Notes: generated by a model from the sequence alone, not told the origin. Positions 1 to 11,163 are shown, numbered from the stretch's first letter. The stretch: DNA of 64,000 bases from an uncultured Planctomycetaceae bacterium (GCA_964642855.1 CAZXSK010000010.1:3711-67710), one strand, 5' to 3'. Numbers and translations: made by a program.

Positions 1-162
<162 letters not shown>

Positions 163-590
163 TCTGTGTGTCCTTTCCATTCGATGCGGCTCCTTGACGA
201 TTCTTCTGCGATCCTGTTTCGGTGCGCCGGCCGCCCTATCTCGCAACCGGTGCCTGTCGATGTCCGCCGAGAGGCAGTGCCGTGGTAAGAAACCACACAC
301 AAACCCGGGACTGCCGCCCGGCACGCCTAAGAGAATGAACGCCAAGCCTGCAGATTGGATAAAGGGCAGGCGAAATCGATGTTTCGCTGTCGCTAAGGTC
401 GGGCTCAGCTCACGGGGGCGTCATCGAGCGCCAGAAGCACAGCCTGGAGGGGTTTTCGCCGCATCGCCGCAAGAAGCCCGTTCACGCAGTGAGTGGAACC
501 TCTCACGCAGAGATCGTGATCGATGCAAGGGAATGGTTAAGCGGCGATGAAGATACCCTCGCAGGCGAAGCGCCGGCCTGTTGGTCGGGG

Positions 591-1412
591 CTACGGCAGG
601 AAGCCCTGCTCGCCAAGCCAGTCTCGGCAGGCAGCCATCCACCGGGGGCAGACGGCCGGGTCTTTGGTGATGCCCACGCCGTGGGCTCCGCGGGGGTAAA
701 CGTGCAGGGCAAAGGGAACGTGGCATCGCCGAAGGGCAGAAGCCATCAGGAGCGAATTGTCCACCGAAACGGCCGGATCGTCGCTCGTGTGCCACAGGAA
801 CATCGGAGGCGTGCCGGACGATACGTGATTCTCAAGGCTCATCCGGTCGCGAAGCTCCTCGGGCGGGTCCGTACCAAGAAGAATCTGCGCAGACCCCTTG
901 TGTCCGGCCGGGCCGAAGGAGATCACCGGGTAGCAGAGAATCGCAAGGTCAGGCCTCGCGGAGACCGATCCAATCTCCGGATCCCCGGCATCGCCTGCGG
1001 TTTCGGGCTGGTCGTGAAAAACAGCGAGCGACCCGGCCAGGTGCCCCCCTGCCGAGAAACCCAGCACCCCGATGCGTCCCGGATCCACGTGCCATTGCCC
1101 GCATCGGTGGCGCACGATGCGAACCGCCCGGGCCAGGTCCTTCAGCGGATGCGAGTAGTGGGCTGGTTTCACGCGGTAGTCGCAGAGGAAGGCCGAAAGA
1201 CCCATCGTGTTGAGCCAGCGGCAGACCGGAGCGGATTCGTGCTCGGCCCGCCGGGCGTAGCCTCCGCCCGGGCAGACAACAACGGCCGCTGACGGAGAAT
1301 CCGACTCGCAAAGGAACGGCGTCAGCCGGGGCGGATCGCCGGGGTCGCAGCGAAGGTCCGCGGGGTCGCGGTCCGGCCAGAGATCGATCGCCGGAAGCCT
1401 TCCGTTGGTCAT
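591..1412 (-). CDS. Alpha/beta hydrolase (esterase, BD-FAE/xylan esterase-like)
   Basis: CPGGGY oxyanion motif, GFSAGG nucleophile elbow, DDPAV and HG catalytic residues; GGAG RBS before ATG 1412. Confidence 0.85.
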   Translation of the reverse strand: MTNGRLPAIDLWPDRDPADLRCDPGDPPRLTPFLCESDSPSAAVVVCPGGGYARRAEHESAPVCRWLNTMGLSAFLCDYRVKPAHYSHPLKDLARAVRIVRHRCGQWHVDPGRIGVLGFSAGGHLAGSLAVFHDQPETAGDAGDPEIGSVSARPDLAILCYPVISFGPAGHKGSAQILLGTDPPEELRDRMSLENHVSSGTPPMFLWHTSDDPAVSVDNSLLMASALRRCHVPFALHVYPRGAHGVGITKDPAVCPRWMAACRDWLGEQGFLP

Positions 1413-1515
1413 GGGCTCTCCTTCGCGCAACGAGTACCGTGCAAAACCTGCCCCGGGAGTATATCATTCGCGATCTGCGCCCGACAGGATCGGGCCCCAG
1501 CCGCAGGAGGAAACC

Positions 1516-3429
1516 GTGTCACTGGTGGTCGGTGAAGGCGTCAGCAAGAGCTACAGCGAGAAGGACGTTCTGACGAACGTTGCCTTCCGGCTGGGTCCGC
1601 GCCAGCGGATCGGCCTGGTGGGTCCCAACGGCGAGGGCAAGACCACGCTGCTGCGCATCGTGGGGGGCATGGACCAGCCGACACGCGGCGAGATCCATCG
1701 CAAGAAGGCACTCAGGACAGGGTACCTCTCCCAGGACCCGCCAGCCCTGGGAGACACCACGCTGTGGGAGTCGCTGCTCCAGACCCGCCGGGACCTGCTG
1801 GACATGGAGCAGGAGCTTCACGATCTGTCGGAAGCCCTGGCCGGCGACGGCGACCAGGAGCAGACACTCGAGCGGTATGGCCGCCTGCAGACGGCTTTCG
1901 AAGCCAGCGGCGGTTACGATTACGAGACGCGGATGAAGGCGATTCTGACCGGCCTGGGGTTCGACGAGCCGCAGTACCATTCGCCGCTGGGGCAGCTCTC
2001 GGGTGGACAGCAAAGCCGGGCCATGCTCGCCCGCCTGCTGGTGGAAGAGCCCGACCTGCTGCTGCTGGACGAGCCGACGAACCATCTCGATCTCGACGCG
2101 GTCGAGTGGCTGGAGAAGTACCTGCAGGGCTACCCGAACGCCGCGCTGATCGTCTCGCACGACCGGTACTTCCTGGACCGCGTGACGGACACGACCTGGG
2201 AAGTCGCCTTTGGCAGCTTGGAGAGCTACTCGGGCGGATACAGCGAGTACCTCAAGAAACGCGAGCAGCGCTTCGACGAGCGGATGAAACGCTACCAGGC
2301 CCAGCAGGAGTACATCGCCAGGACCGAGGAGTTCATCCGCAGGAACCTTTCCGGCCAGCGAACGAAAGAAGCCCAGGGCAGACGGACCCGCCTGGAGAGG
2401 TTCATCAAGACCGAAGCCATGGCCAGGCCCCGGCGTCACGAAACCATCAACATACGCCTGCAGCCGGAAACCCGCAGCGGCGACCTGGTTCTCCGTGCGA
2501 CCGACTTGCAGGCGGGATACCAGCCGGGCAAACCGATCGTGTCGGCGGAGCGGCTGGAACTTCGTCGCGGACGGAGGCTGGCTGTCGTGGGGGGCAACGG
2601 CACGGGCAAGACCACGCTGCTGAGGACACTTCTCGGGCAGCTCCCCCCGCTGGCCGGACAGGTCGAGCTGGGGGCGAACGTCACCTGCGGGTACCTCAGC
2701 CAGACGCACGAGAATCTGCGGGGGGAGAGCACCGTGCTTGACGCGATGACCGGCGTGACCGGCCTCAAGCCGCAGGAGGCCCGCTCGCTGCTGGGGAGTT
2801 TCCATCTCAGCGGCGACGACGCATTCAAGAAGGTCTCCGAACTGTCCGGGGGCCAGCGAAGCCGGGTAATCCTCGCGCAGCTCTCGGCGCTGAGAGCGAA
2901 TCTCCTGATGCTGGACGAGCCGACCAATCACCTGGACCTGCCCTCGCGCGAAGTGCTGCAGGAAGCCCTGCTGAACTACCGCGGAACGCTGATCTTCGTC
3001 AGCCACGACCGCTACCTCGTCCAGTCCGTTGCTACCGATCTCTGGGCCGTCGAGGACGGGCGGGTGCATCGCATCCATGGCCAGTGGGAGGAGTATCTGC
3101 GTTGGCGGTCGGACCACCGGGCCGGCCAGGCCAGCACCTCCCCCGAAAGAGCCCGCGAACAACATACGCGCAGGGAAGACCGTCGCGAGCAGCGCAGGCA
3201 ACAGAAGGAACGCCGGCGGGCAGAGCGCCGGATGGAGAAACTGGAAGTCGACATCGAACAGCTCGAAAGCCGTGTGTCGGAGCTTTCCGACGAGATCTCA
3301 CGTGCCGGCCAAGCCGGCGACCTGGATGCCGTCCATCGTCTCGGCGAGGAATTCGAGAAGGTCCAGTCCGCACTGACCGAGAGCATGGACGCCTGGAGCC
3401 TTCTCGGCGAACAGCTTGACGAGGACTGA
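1516..3429 (+). CDS. ABC-F family ATP-binding protein
   Basis: Two ABC domains (GPNGEGKT, GGNGTGKT, LSGGQ, LLLDEPTNHLD), inter-domain linker, C-terminal coiled coil; GGAGG RBS before GTG 1516. Confidence 0.95.
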   Translation: MSLVVGEGVSKSYSEKDVLTNVAFRLGPRQRIGLVGPNGEGKTTLLRIVGGMDQPTRGEIHRKKALRTGYLSQDPPALGDTTLWESLLQTRRDLLDMEQELHDLSEALAGDGDQEQTLERYGRLQTAFEASGGYDYETRMKAILTGLGFDEPQYHSPLGQLSGGQQSRAMLARLLVEEPDLLLLDEPTNHLDLDAVEWLEKYLQGYPNAALIVSHDRYFLDRVTDTTWEVAFGSLESYSGGYSEYLKKREQRFDERMKRYQAQQEYIARTEEFIRRNLSGQRTKEAQGRRTRLERFIKTEAMARPRRHETINIRLQPETRSGDLVLRATDLQAGYQPGKPIVSAERLELRRGRRLAVVGGNGTGKTTLLRTLLGQLPPLAGQVELGANVTCGYLSQTHENLRGESTVLDAMTGVTGLKPQEARSLLGSFHLSGDDAFKKVSELSGGQRSRVILAQLSALRANLLMLDEPTNHLDLPSREVLQEALLNYRGTLIFVSHDRYLVQSVATDLWAVEDGRVHRIHGQWEEYLRWRSDHRAGQASTSPERAREQHTRREDRREQRRQQKERRRAERRMEKLEVDIEQLESRVSELSDEISRAGQAGDLDAVHRLGEEFEKVQSALTESMDAWSLLGEQLDED

Positions 3430-3439
3430 CCGCCCCTGG

Positions 3440-5590
3440 CTATCGGCTGGGGTCGTAGTACATCTCGAGGTCGAACTCGTCGCTGTCCGAGAAGAACCGC
3501 TCGCCTTCGAGTTCCTCCCGCTGGTCGTACGGCTCGACGGTCATCTGGTAGACCTCGCCGACTTCCCTGCCCGGATCGCGCTGCTTGCGGTCCAGGATCA
3601 CCCAATGTGCAACCAGGATCCGTTTGCCTTCGTATTCGCCACGGATCACCTTCTCGACCTCGTAGGTGTAGACCGCAAGCGCACGCCGGTAGTCGCCGAT
3701 GTCCTTGGGGTCTGGCGTTTGCGTAACTTCCACCAGTTTGCCGCGGAACGTCAGGGGCTTGGGGGCGTTCCTGGCCCGGCCGGCTGTCTTTTTCTGCCAG
3801 AGCTTGTACTTCCTCCTGGCCTCGCCGGGTCCCATGAACCGGCTGTAGATGCAGACCCCCTCGATCCTGCCCGACCAGTCGCGGTCACCGTCGTACTCGT
3901 CGCCGAAAACGAGATGCATCTTCTCCCAGTTCGAGAAGCCGCCCCCTACCGAACGCGTGACGGTCGCAAGCTTGCCATCGATGTAGCAGTAGAGAAGCCC
4001 CGGCGAGTAGGACACGACCACGTGATTCGACTGCCCCTCCTTCAGCGTGCCAAGCGTCACCTGCGGATCGATGCCGTTCTTGCCGGTCTTTGGTGTCCGA
4101 AGTCGCAGGACAAGCTTGTCGCCGGATTGCCCCAACGTGAAATTGCGCAGCCGGCTGTCCTTCGAGAACGAGATGATCCGGGCCGGGCCGTCCTGTTTGG
4201 CCTGGCCGGGGTAGACTGCCGCCTCGATGGTCAACTGGTTGCTCTTGCGGCAGGCCTCCAGCAAGGGCTTGTCCGATTGCGGAGAAACGAAACTCCCTCC
4301 CGCGGTGTCCATGGATCCGTATCGACCGTAAATCGCCCTGCCCCGGGGAACCACGTTGCACGTGCGGCGCGTGTCTCCCTTCTCGCTGACGATCTGGTTG
4401 GTCGCGCCGACGTGGTCCCAGATGAACACCAACCCCTCCCTGCTTCCGGGCCATTGCTGCCTGGACCGCTCCGCGGGGTTCCATTCGGGCAGCGACTTCT
4501 GCAGAACGGCTTCCACGGTCGACCGGTCGCCGCCCTCGATCCAGGCATCGGGGTAAAAATCTCCCGCCCGGTTGTGGGTGATCTTGACCCACTTCTCCAC
4601 ACCGCTGAAGTCGCTCTCGAAGCGGCCGAGATATACCTCCACCAACGGCCCTCCCGCCCTGATGCGATTGGCCCCGCCGCCGACCTTGTAAGGCCCGGTC
4701 ATGACCAGATACCGCACGTGATTGGACCACCGCGGATGGTACACCTCATACCCGCCAATCCCGGGAGCGTCGTTAATGTTGACCTTCCAGCCCCTGCCCG
4801 AGCCGGGGGGCATCATCATGACATTGCGGTGCGGGCCGTCGAAAATCCACGTCATCCCGCTGCTGTCCGGGGCCATCGACGTCCAGCATCCCCTGCCCCT
4901 CTTTTCCAGCCTTCCGTTGGGCAGAAACGCCACCCCGCCATGGGGCCAGGGGAACAGCCCGCTTGCCATGTTGCCGTCACGGGAGAGCTGGAAGTTATCG
5001 ATGGTCACACCGGTCTTGTTCCAGACCACCTCGCTGTCGTTCGGGTCGTCGAGCTTCGTTCGATGGATGTATGCCTTTTCGCCCTTCCAGTTTCTCGCGT
5101 TCTTCTGGTAGTAGACCCACACCTGTTCGCTATTGGGGTCCATCCAGACGTCGGCCGCCCAGCCGTCGGTCAGCTTCCGGTCTCCGCTCCCGTCGAAATT
5201 CACGAAGCGGACCTCGGACTTCACGCGGTCGGTGTAGACAACACCGTTGCCGTCCGGGGTCAGCAACGGCTTGCAGTAGTTCCGCTCCCTGGCAAGCAGG
5301 ACCCGCTCGCCTTTCCCGTCGGAAGAATCGTACGCCATGAGCCTGAACTTCGTGGATTCGGCGAATACGTCCCGGTTGCGTCCGTCGGTAGCCTGCACCC
5401 ACACCAACCGCACGCGCCCGCCGACGAGTCGGGCAATCTCCCTGTCCGAAAACTCCCTCGCTTTGCGGGGCACACCGTTGGCGTCGGCTGCATGCAGGGA
5501 CGACGACCCGCCGATCAGGCCGACGGCCAGACCGCCTGCGATCGCTGCAACAAGGAACCGTCTGAAGCTGGCCATCCGAATCCGTGACAT
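3440..5590 (-). CDS. Secreted protein with TolB-like beta-propeller and LamG-like jellyroll domain
   Basis: Signal peptide; KPLLTPDG and YHPRWS propeller motifs; LTIEAAV..ARIISFS..NFTLGQ..HVVVSY..YIDGK LamG pattern. Confidence 0.7.
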   Translation of the reverse strand: MSRIRMASFRRFLVAAIAGGLAVGLIGGSSSLHAADANGVPRKAREFSDREIARLVGGRVRLVWVQATDGRNRDVFAESTKFRLMAYDSSDGKGERVLLARERNYCKPLLTPDGNGVVYTDRVKSEVRFVNFDGSGDRKLTDGWAADVWMDPNSEQVWVYYQKNARNWKGEKAYIHRTKLDDPNDSEVVWNKTGVTIDNFQLSRDGNMASGLFPWPHGGVAFLPNGRLEKRGRGCWTSMAPDSSGMTWIFDGPHRNVMMMPPGSGRGWKVNINDAPGIGGYEVYHPRWSNHVRYLVMTGPYKVGGGANRIRAGGPLVEVYLGRFESDFSGVEKWVKITHNRAGDFYPDAWIEGGDRSTVEAVLQKSLPEWNPAERSRQQWPGSREGLVFIWDHVGATNQIVSEKGDTRRTCNVVPRGRAIYGRYGSMDTAGGSFVSPQSDKPLLEACRKSNQLTIEAAVYPGQAKQDGPARIISFSKDSRLRNFTLGQSGDKLVLRLRTPKTGKNGIDPQVTLGTLKEGQSNHVVVSYSPGLLYCYIDGKLATVTRSVGGGFSNWEKMHLVFGDEYDGDRDWSGRIEGVCIYSRFMGPGEARRKYKLWQKKTAGRARNAPKPLTFRGKLVEVTQTPDPKDIGDYRRALAVYTYEVEKVIRGEYEGKRILVAHWVILDRKQRDPGREVGEVYQMTVEPYDQREELEGERFFSDSDEFDLEMYYDPSR

Positions 5591-5691
5591 CGCTGCCTCC
5601 AGCCTGTGGAATCACACCTCGGTTGCGCCCCGGCAAGCACAGTCTAGTACAACCCCTCTGGGGCCCCAAGGTACTACGGACAGCGCAGAAA

Positions 5692-5721
5692 GACGGGAAC
5701 GCCCCGAAGGACGTCCCCGTC
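5692..5721 (-). terminator. Putative intrinsic terminator downstream of the MCP gene
   Basis: GACGGG...CCCGTC hairpin followed by TTTCT on the minus strand. Confidence 0.4.
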
Positions 5722-5751
5722 GCAGTTGCTTTCAGCGATTGTCGAACCGAC

Positions 5752-8118
5752 TCAGAACTTGGCCAGTTGCTCCTCGTCCTGCATGGGGAAGTCTTCCTCG
5801 ACCTCGCCGCCGGAAGTGTTCGCCTTGCTCTTGGGCTTGCCCTGGGAGGAAGGCTGCTTCTGTGCGGTGGAGGGCTTGAACTCGGACTTCCCGCCGCCCT
5901 GGCCGGAGCCGCCCTTGGACTGCGTCGGGCCCGACTGGACCTTGTGAGAGCCGCCGACCATGTTCTGGAGTTCCTCGACCATGTGGGCGAGTTCCTCGGC
6001 CTGGGCGCTGAGTTCCTCGGCCGCCGAGGCGGACTCTTCGGCATTGGCGGCGTTGTTCTGGACCACCTGGTCCATCTGGGTGACGGCCTGGTTGATCTGC
6101 TCGATTCCCTGGGCCTGCTCTTCGCTGGCGGCGGCAATCTCGGTAACCAGGTCGTTGACCTTTCGGGATCCTTCGGCGATTTCGCTGAGGGCCGATCCGA
6201 CTTCCTGGCTGATCGCGACGCCGTTGTCGGAATTCTTGACGGCTTCCTCGATCATGTTGGCGGTGTTCTTGGCCGCTTCGGCCGACCGCATGGCCAGGTT
6301 CCGGACTTCCTCGGCGACGACGGCGAATCCCTTGCCCGCCTCGCCTGCACGAGCGGCTTCCACCGCTGCGTTCAGGGCCAGCAGGTTCGTCTGGAACGCG
6401 ATGTCGTCGATGGTCTTGATGATCTTGGCCGTTTCGTCCGACGAATTCTTGATGTCGTCGATGGCCTTGCTCATCCTGCCCATCGCCTCGGTACCCTTTT
6501 CTGCCGAACCCTTGGCAGAGGCGGAAATGTTCTTGGCCTCCTGGGCGTTGGCGGCGTTCTGCCGGATCATCGAGGTCATCTCCTCGACGCTGGAGGAGGT
6601 CTCCTCCACGGCGGCTGCCTGCTCGCTGGCGCCTTGGGCCAACGACTGGCTGGCCGAGGACACTTCACCCGAAGCGCTGGCCGTCTGGTCGGAACCGGCG
6701 GTCAGCCCGGAGATGATCCGATGGATCGGGCCGGTGATCGAACGCGTGATGAACACGGCCATCACGATGCTGAGAGCCACGGCCACACCGAGGCCGATAA
6801 TCATCGTCGTCGACGCCAGGCTCAGTGCGCCGGCGGCCCCGTCAGCCACCTCGAGGGCACCTTCCATCCCGGCTGCGGCTGTATCCTGGGCCTGGGCGAG
6901 AACCACGTCGGCAGCCTCGCCTCGCCTGCGGGAGGTCTCTTCCCGGGCAAGCCAATTGGTCAGCAGGTTGTTCATTGCCGTCTTGTAATGATTCCCTGCC
7001 TGCTCGGTGTTATCGATGCGTTCGAGGTCCACCTTCAGGCGAGTGATCTTCCTGAGGTCTGCGAACAGGTCCTTCATCTGGTCGAAATTCGCATTGGCTT
7101 CGCGGATGATCGCCGGATCCCGCAAGGCCTGCGACTTGAAGCACGCGATGCGCGTCTCATTGCCGACGCTTACGATCGTCTGGGCGAGATTGATCTTCTG
7201 CTGGCGCTCGGTCATGTCCTCGGTGAGCGCTTCCTGCTGTTTGTTGAGGAACTCTTCGCAGCAGGTAACATAGACGCCCGCGTTCTTGTCCATTTCGGCA
7301 CGCCACTGATCCAGCACCTTCTGGTCGGCAGCCTGGCCCTTCTTGTACTCGGCCAGGAAGCCTTCCATCGCCTTGGTGTACCCCCTCGCGGAGGATTCGG
7401 TCTGATCGATGCGCCGGATGTCTTCGGCATCGTGCGTGATGGGGCGCAGGGCCTGGGTCTTCTTGAACGCGTTGGCAAGATTCTCGATGGCCTGTTCCAT
7501 CAGCTTCGGATCGCCCAGGGCCTGGGACTTGAAGTTCAGCACCCGGGTCTTGGTACCGATGGCGACGATGTCGGTCACGAGTTCGATCTTCGTCTGGCGC
7601 TCGGTGAGATCCTTCTGGAAGGCCTTGTTCTGGCCTTCGAGGAACTCGGCACAGTTGGACATGTATTTTGCGGCAGCTTCGTCCAGATTGCTTCGGTTGA
7701 TATCCAGCTTCGCGTTCAGGTCGACGGTCTGCTGGACCAGGTCCTTGTAGCTCCCGACCGCGGCCTGTGTTTCCTTGACGGCCGGGCCAAGCTTGGTGAG
7801 ATTCTTGGCTTCCTTGGCAAGCTGTTCGCACTTGGTAAGCCAGTTGTCCACCTCTTGGAGGTACTTCATGCCCCGGTCGTAGAAGGCCTTGTCCTCCGTC
7901 AGTCCGTACCCGCGCATCTCGTACATGGTCATCAGCGAGTTGCGCTCGACGTTGTTGCAGAGGTCTACTTCAGGAACGTATTCCTTGGCGAGCATGTTGG
8001 ACTGCGTCTCGACGCCCTTCATGCTCCAGACGGCCAAGCCACCCAAGGTGACAGCCACGGCTACGAGCAACGTAAAGCCTACTGCGATCTTCGTTCCCAG
8101 CTTCATGTTCTTGAACAT
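5752..8118 (-). CDS. Methyl-accepting chemotaxis protein
   Basis: Two TM helices flanking a helical periplasmic domain; [34 protein letters not shown] signalling hairpin. Confidence 0.95.
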   Translation of the reverse strand: MFKNMKLGTKIAVGFTLLVAVAVTLGGLAVWSMKGVETQSNMLAKEYVPEVDLCNNVERNSLMTMYEMRGYGLTEDKAFYDRGMKYLQEVDNWLTKCEQLAKEAKNLTKLGPAVKETQAAVGSYKDLVQQTVDLNAKLDINRSNLDEAAAKYMSNCAEFLEGQNKAFQKDLTERQTKIELVTDIVAIGTKTRVLNFKSQALGDPKLMEQAIENLANAFKKTQALRPITHDAEDIRRIDQTESSARGYTKAMEGFLAEYKKGQAADQKVLDQWRAEMDKNAGVYVTCCEEFLNKQQEALTEDMTERQQKINLAQTIVSVGNETRIACFKSQALRDPAIIREANANFDQMKDLFADLRKITRLKVDLERIDNTEQAGNHYKTAMNNLLTNWLAREETSRRRGEAADVVLAQAQDTAAAGMEGALEVADGAAGALSLASTTMIIGLGVAVALSIVMAVFITRSITGPIHRIISGLTAGSDQTASASGEVSSASQSLAQGASEQAAAVEETSSSVEEMTSMIRQNAANAQEAKNISASAKGSAEKGTEAMGRMSKAIDDIKNSSDETAKIIKTIDDIAFQTNLLALNAAVEAARAGEAGKGFAVVAEEVRNLAMRSAEAAKNTANMIEEAVKNSDNGVAISQEVGSALSEIAEGSRKVNDLVTEIAAASEEQAQGIEQINQAVTQMDQVVQNNAANAEESASAAEELSAQAEELAHMVEELQNMVGGSHKVQSGPTQSKGGSGQGGGKSEFKPSTAQKQPSSQGKPKSKANTSGGEVEEDFPMQDEEQLAKF

Positions 8119-8149
8119 TTCAGTCTCCCGTTGGTAGTTTCCCCGGATC

Positions 8150-8653
8150 TCAGCCTTGGGAAGCTGTATCCTGCATGATTTCCAGTTCTTCTGCGTTGAG
8201 TACCCTGGCGATGTCCAGGAGGATGCTTACCTTCCCCTCCGTCTTGCCCATGCCAAGGATGTAGTCGGTGGTCACGTCGTCCCCGAACTTCGGGGAGTCC
8301 TCGATGTCGTCTTCTGCGATGTCCAGCACCTCGTTGACGCAATCGACGATGATCCCCATGTCCACCTCGCCAAGCGTCACGACGATGATGCAGGTCTCCT
8401 CGGTGTGTTCCGCCTCGGGCATCCCGAACTTCAGTCGCAGGTCCATCACGGGAATCACCCTGCCTCGAAGATTGATCACGCCCTTGATGAACTCCGGCGT
8501 TCGGGGCACGGCCGTCACTTCCATCACTCCGATGATCTCGCGAACCCGGAGAATCTCCAGCCCGTAGGCTTCCTCCGCCAGTGAGAACGTCAGGTATTTC
8601 CCCTCGCGCTTCCTGACGTCGGCTACCGACTGGCCAGCTTCCTGTTCAGCCAT
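8150..8653 (-). CDS. cheW: Chemotaxis coupling protein CheW
   Basis: [34 protein letters not shown]. Confidence 0.95.
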   Translation of the reverse strand: MAEQEAGQSVADVRKREGKYLTFSLAEEAYGLEILRVREIIGVMEVTAVPRTPEFIKGVINLRGRVIPVMDLRLKFGMPEAEHTEETCIIVVTLGEVDMGIIVDCVNEVLDIAEDDIEDSPKFGDDVTTDYILGMGKTEGKVSILLDIARVLNAEELEIMQDTASQG

Positions 8654-8942
8654 CTGAATCCCCTCATTAAGAGGTCTTCTCGATCAGATCGTCCGTGAAC
8701 ATGCCCGGCCAGGCGTATCCGTGCCTACCCCATGCGCGGCTTGGCGGCGCTAGCTGCCAAGAGCAGTACCGCTGGCGGAGTTCCCCGACGAAGAGCACAG
8801 CTGCCTGACACCCCCCGGGCGCACGCAAGCTCTTGAAAACAGCACGAGGGTGACCCGCCGGCGCCCGAGCACAATGCCCGAGACGTACGAAAGGAGAACC
8901 CCCGCGAGTCCATTCCCCGTCGAAAGGACCCCGCTAAGGACA

Positions 8943-8969
8943 ATATCGGAATCTCAGGGCGATACTTTC
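8943..8969 (-). promoter_or_regulatory. Sigma28/FliA-like promoter for cheW-MCP
   Basis: Minus strand GAAAGTAT-N11-TCCGATAT versus consensus TAAAGTTT-N11-GCCGATAA. Confidence 0.55.
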
Positions 8970-9030
8970 CTAACTGCCGAATTTCTTTCGCACCCAATCA
9001 ACTCGCTCCAGAATCCGCTGGCGCAAAGTC

Positions 9031-9059
9031 TTGGGGGCGGAACGGGCGGAAGGTATGCT
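9031..9059 (+). promoter_or_regulatory. Sigma70-type promoter, probably leaderless start of the ResB-like gene
   Basis: TTGGGG-N17-TATGCT, 6 nt before ATG 9066; no SD sequence. Confidence 0.45.
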
Positions 9060-9065
9060 GGGTCC

Positions 9066-10226
9066 ATGCCCGCACCCGATACGCACAGCAAGAGCTGCCC
9101 TGCCCGCTCCGATCGCAGCACGGCCAGACCCAGAAGTCAGGCAGCCATCGTACTCTGCCTCGCCGCCACGACACTCCTGGCAGCCGCTTCGGTTGCATGT
9201 GCGTTTGTCGGACCCGAGAAGTCAGCCGCTTTTCTTCACTCCGCGGCCGGCCTGCCGCTTTGGGGGGTGACTCTCGGCGCCCTGCTTTGTGTGTTCCTTC
9301 TGTATCCGCGCCTACTCCGCAAGCCGGGCCTGCTGATGGCGCATTGGGCAGCGCTGGCCGTGATGGCCGGGGGAATGCTGGGGGCCCAGGAAACCCAGAG
9401 ATTCCTGATGCAGCGCAGCGGCCGATCGAACCCCATCGAAGGCTACCTGGTGGCAGGGCCCGGCCAGGAAACCCGGAGAATCGTCGATTTCCGGGACAAC
9501 CGATTGCTGGTTCGGGGCGAACTGCCCTTCTCACTGCGGATCGAGCGGTTCTGGACCGAGTACTACCCGGTGCCCCCCTACCGTCCGTGGCGGCTGCTCG
9601 GGGGGTATCTGCAGGATGCCAACGCCTCAAGGCCGGACGCCTGGAGCCTTCGGGCCATTCCCGTGGATGTCGGCGAGCCGACCGCCTTCCCCCCCCCGCC
9701 CTACGAGACCGCCGCAGTCGATGTTTCAATCGTCGTCCAGGCGATTACGTGGGAGCCCTGGGACGGGGATTCTCCGTGGCCGGCGCCGGTGATCCCCGTC
9801 CAGCTGCGTCGGGGAGGGAAAACGGTCTACACGGTGCTGACGGCACCTGCGTCCTCGCCGACGGGGCGGATGGAGCTTGCCGAAGTCTTCCCATCGACAG
9901 AGGCCTGGAGGAAGGCGGGTTCGCCCACGTTGTTCGTCACCAGGCCGCCCCCGGCCGTTCGCGACTACCTGACGGAGCTGACGGTCCTGGACGATAACCA
10001 GGAGAAGGTTCACCGGACCATCGAGGTCAACCGTCCTCTGCGCTACGGAAACTACCACCTGTACCAGCAGGACCCGATCGGTCAGGACTTCGCGGTCGTC
10101 AAGGCGGTTCGAGACCCCGGCTGGCCGATCGTGCTGGCGGGGCTGCTTCTCGGGGCAGCGGGGCTCGTGCTCCAACTGCTGATCCTCCCGGCTGCGGCCT
10201 GGCTCCTCCGGCGGAGGCAACCGTGA
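9066..10226 (+). CDS. ResB/Ccs1-like cytochrome c biogenesis protein (system II)
   Basis: N-terminal TM segments with AHW motif; IEVNRPLRYGNYHLYQ; VRDPGWPIV..G before the last TM; overlaps ccsA by 4 nt. Confidence 0.75.
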   Translation: MPAPDTHSKSCPARSDRSTARPRSQAAIVLCLAATTLLAAASVACAFVGPEKSAAFLHSAAGLPLWGVTLGALLCVFLLYPRLLRKPGLLMAHWAALAVMAGGMLGAQETQRFLMQRSGRSNPIEGYLVAGPGQETRRIVDFRDNRLLVRGELPFSLRIERFWTEYYPVPPYRPWRLLGGYLQDANASRPDAWSLRAIPVDVGEPTAFPPPPYETAAVDVSIVVQAITWEPWDGDSPWPAPVIPVQLRRGGKTVYTVLTAPASSPTGRMELAEVFPSTEAWRKAGSPTLFVTRPPPAVRDYLTELTVLDDNQEKVHRTIEVNRPLRYGNYHLYQQDPIGQDFAVVKAVRDPGWPIVLAGLLLGAAGLVLQLLILPAAAWLLRRRQP

Positions 10227-11011
10227 TGCTCGCCGCGTTCACCGTCAAGACCTCGCTGCAGGGGTTGTTGATCTACCTGACGATGGGGCTGCTGCTTGTG
10301 GGCGCACTGCTGTTCCTTCTGCGGCGACGCCGTCTGGCCTGGTCGGCATACGCTGCAGCTTTCGCCGCCGCGGTTGCATCGATCGTCTGGCGAGGGCTGC
10401 ACACCGGGCACCCCCCCATGCAGAACCTGTTTGAGGTGTTCCTGGTGCTTTCGGCGCTGCTTTGGCCGGTAAGCGTGCTGGCGCTGCGCATGGCTGGGCT
10501 GCGGCAGGAATGGCTGGACTGCCTGCTGGCCGCGGTGGTCCTGGTGCCGGCGGGGTTCGTGTTCTCCGAAGAGGTCCAGGAGCTTCCGCCCGCGCTGCAG
10601 AGCCCGCTGTTCGTTCCCCACGTGCTGGCGTATCTGCTGTCCTACGTGCTCGTGACGAAGGCTGCATTCGCCTCCGTCGGCGCGTGGCTGGGGAGGGCGA
10701 AATCAGCCGGGGCCCGGGCGGCCGATGGACTCGCCTCGGCGGGGCTTGCCTTCATGACGACCGGCCTGGTCCTGGGAGCCTGGTGGGGCAAGCTGGCATG
10801 GGGCGACTGGTGGAACTGGGACCCCAAGGAGATGTGGTCCCTGGCGGCCTGGCTGGTGCTGGTCGGTACGTTCCAGCTTCGCCTGCTCCGGCCCGACGGC
10901 TTGGCCCGACTGCGGACCGTTCTTCTCCTGCTCGTGCTGCTGCTGGTGCTGATCACCCTCACGTGGGCCAACCTGTCCCGGGCATTCTCGGGACTGCACA
11001 GCTACGCATGA
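10223..11011 (+). CDS. ccsA: Cytochrome c biogenesis protein CcsA/ResC
   Basis: WWD motif WGKLAWGDWWNWDPKE, HPP..NLFE, C-terminal GLHSYA. Confidence 0.92.
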   Translation: MMLAAFTVKTSLQGLLIYLTMGLLLVGALLFLLRRRRLAWSAYAAAFAAAVASIVWRGLHTGHPPMQNLFEVFLVLSALLWPVSVLALRMAGLRQEWLDCLLAAVVLVPAGFVFSEEVQELPPALQSPLFVPHVLAYLLSYVLVTKAAFASVGAWLGRAKSAGARAADGLASAGLAFMTTGLVLGAWWGKLAWGDWWNWDPKEMWSLAAWLVLVGTFQLRLLRPDGLARLRTVLLLLVLLLVLITLTWANLSRAFSGLHSYA

Positions 11012-11163
11012 CGACGGGCCGGCCGGGGTGAACACCGCGCCTCGCCCGGAAGACCCCAAGCCCACCGGGCCGGAACGAGACGCATCGGCCGGGGTTTCAG
11101 GATCGACAACGCATCGAAGGCCGGGCGGGCCGCCTGACGTGGAAAGAGAACGGGAGAATCAGC

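Noticed and set aside
163-590. Possible riboswitch or ncRNA upstream of the prepilin-type gene; ORFs 20-550 and 489-1292
   Set aside because: No cobalamin, c-di-GMP or other riboswitch consensus recognisable; the ORFs lack motifs and overlap real genes on the other strand.
3416-8178. Very long plus-strand ORFs (3416-5587, 5584-8178)
   Set aside because: Antisense shadows of the LamG protein, MCP and cheW, expected from high-GC codon bias; no motifs.
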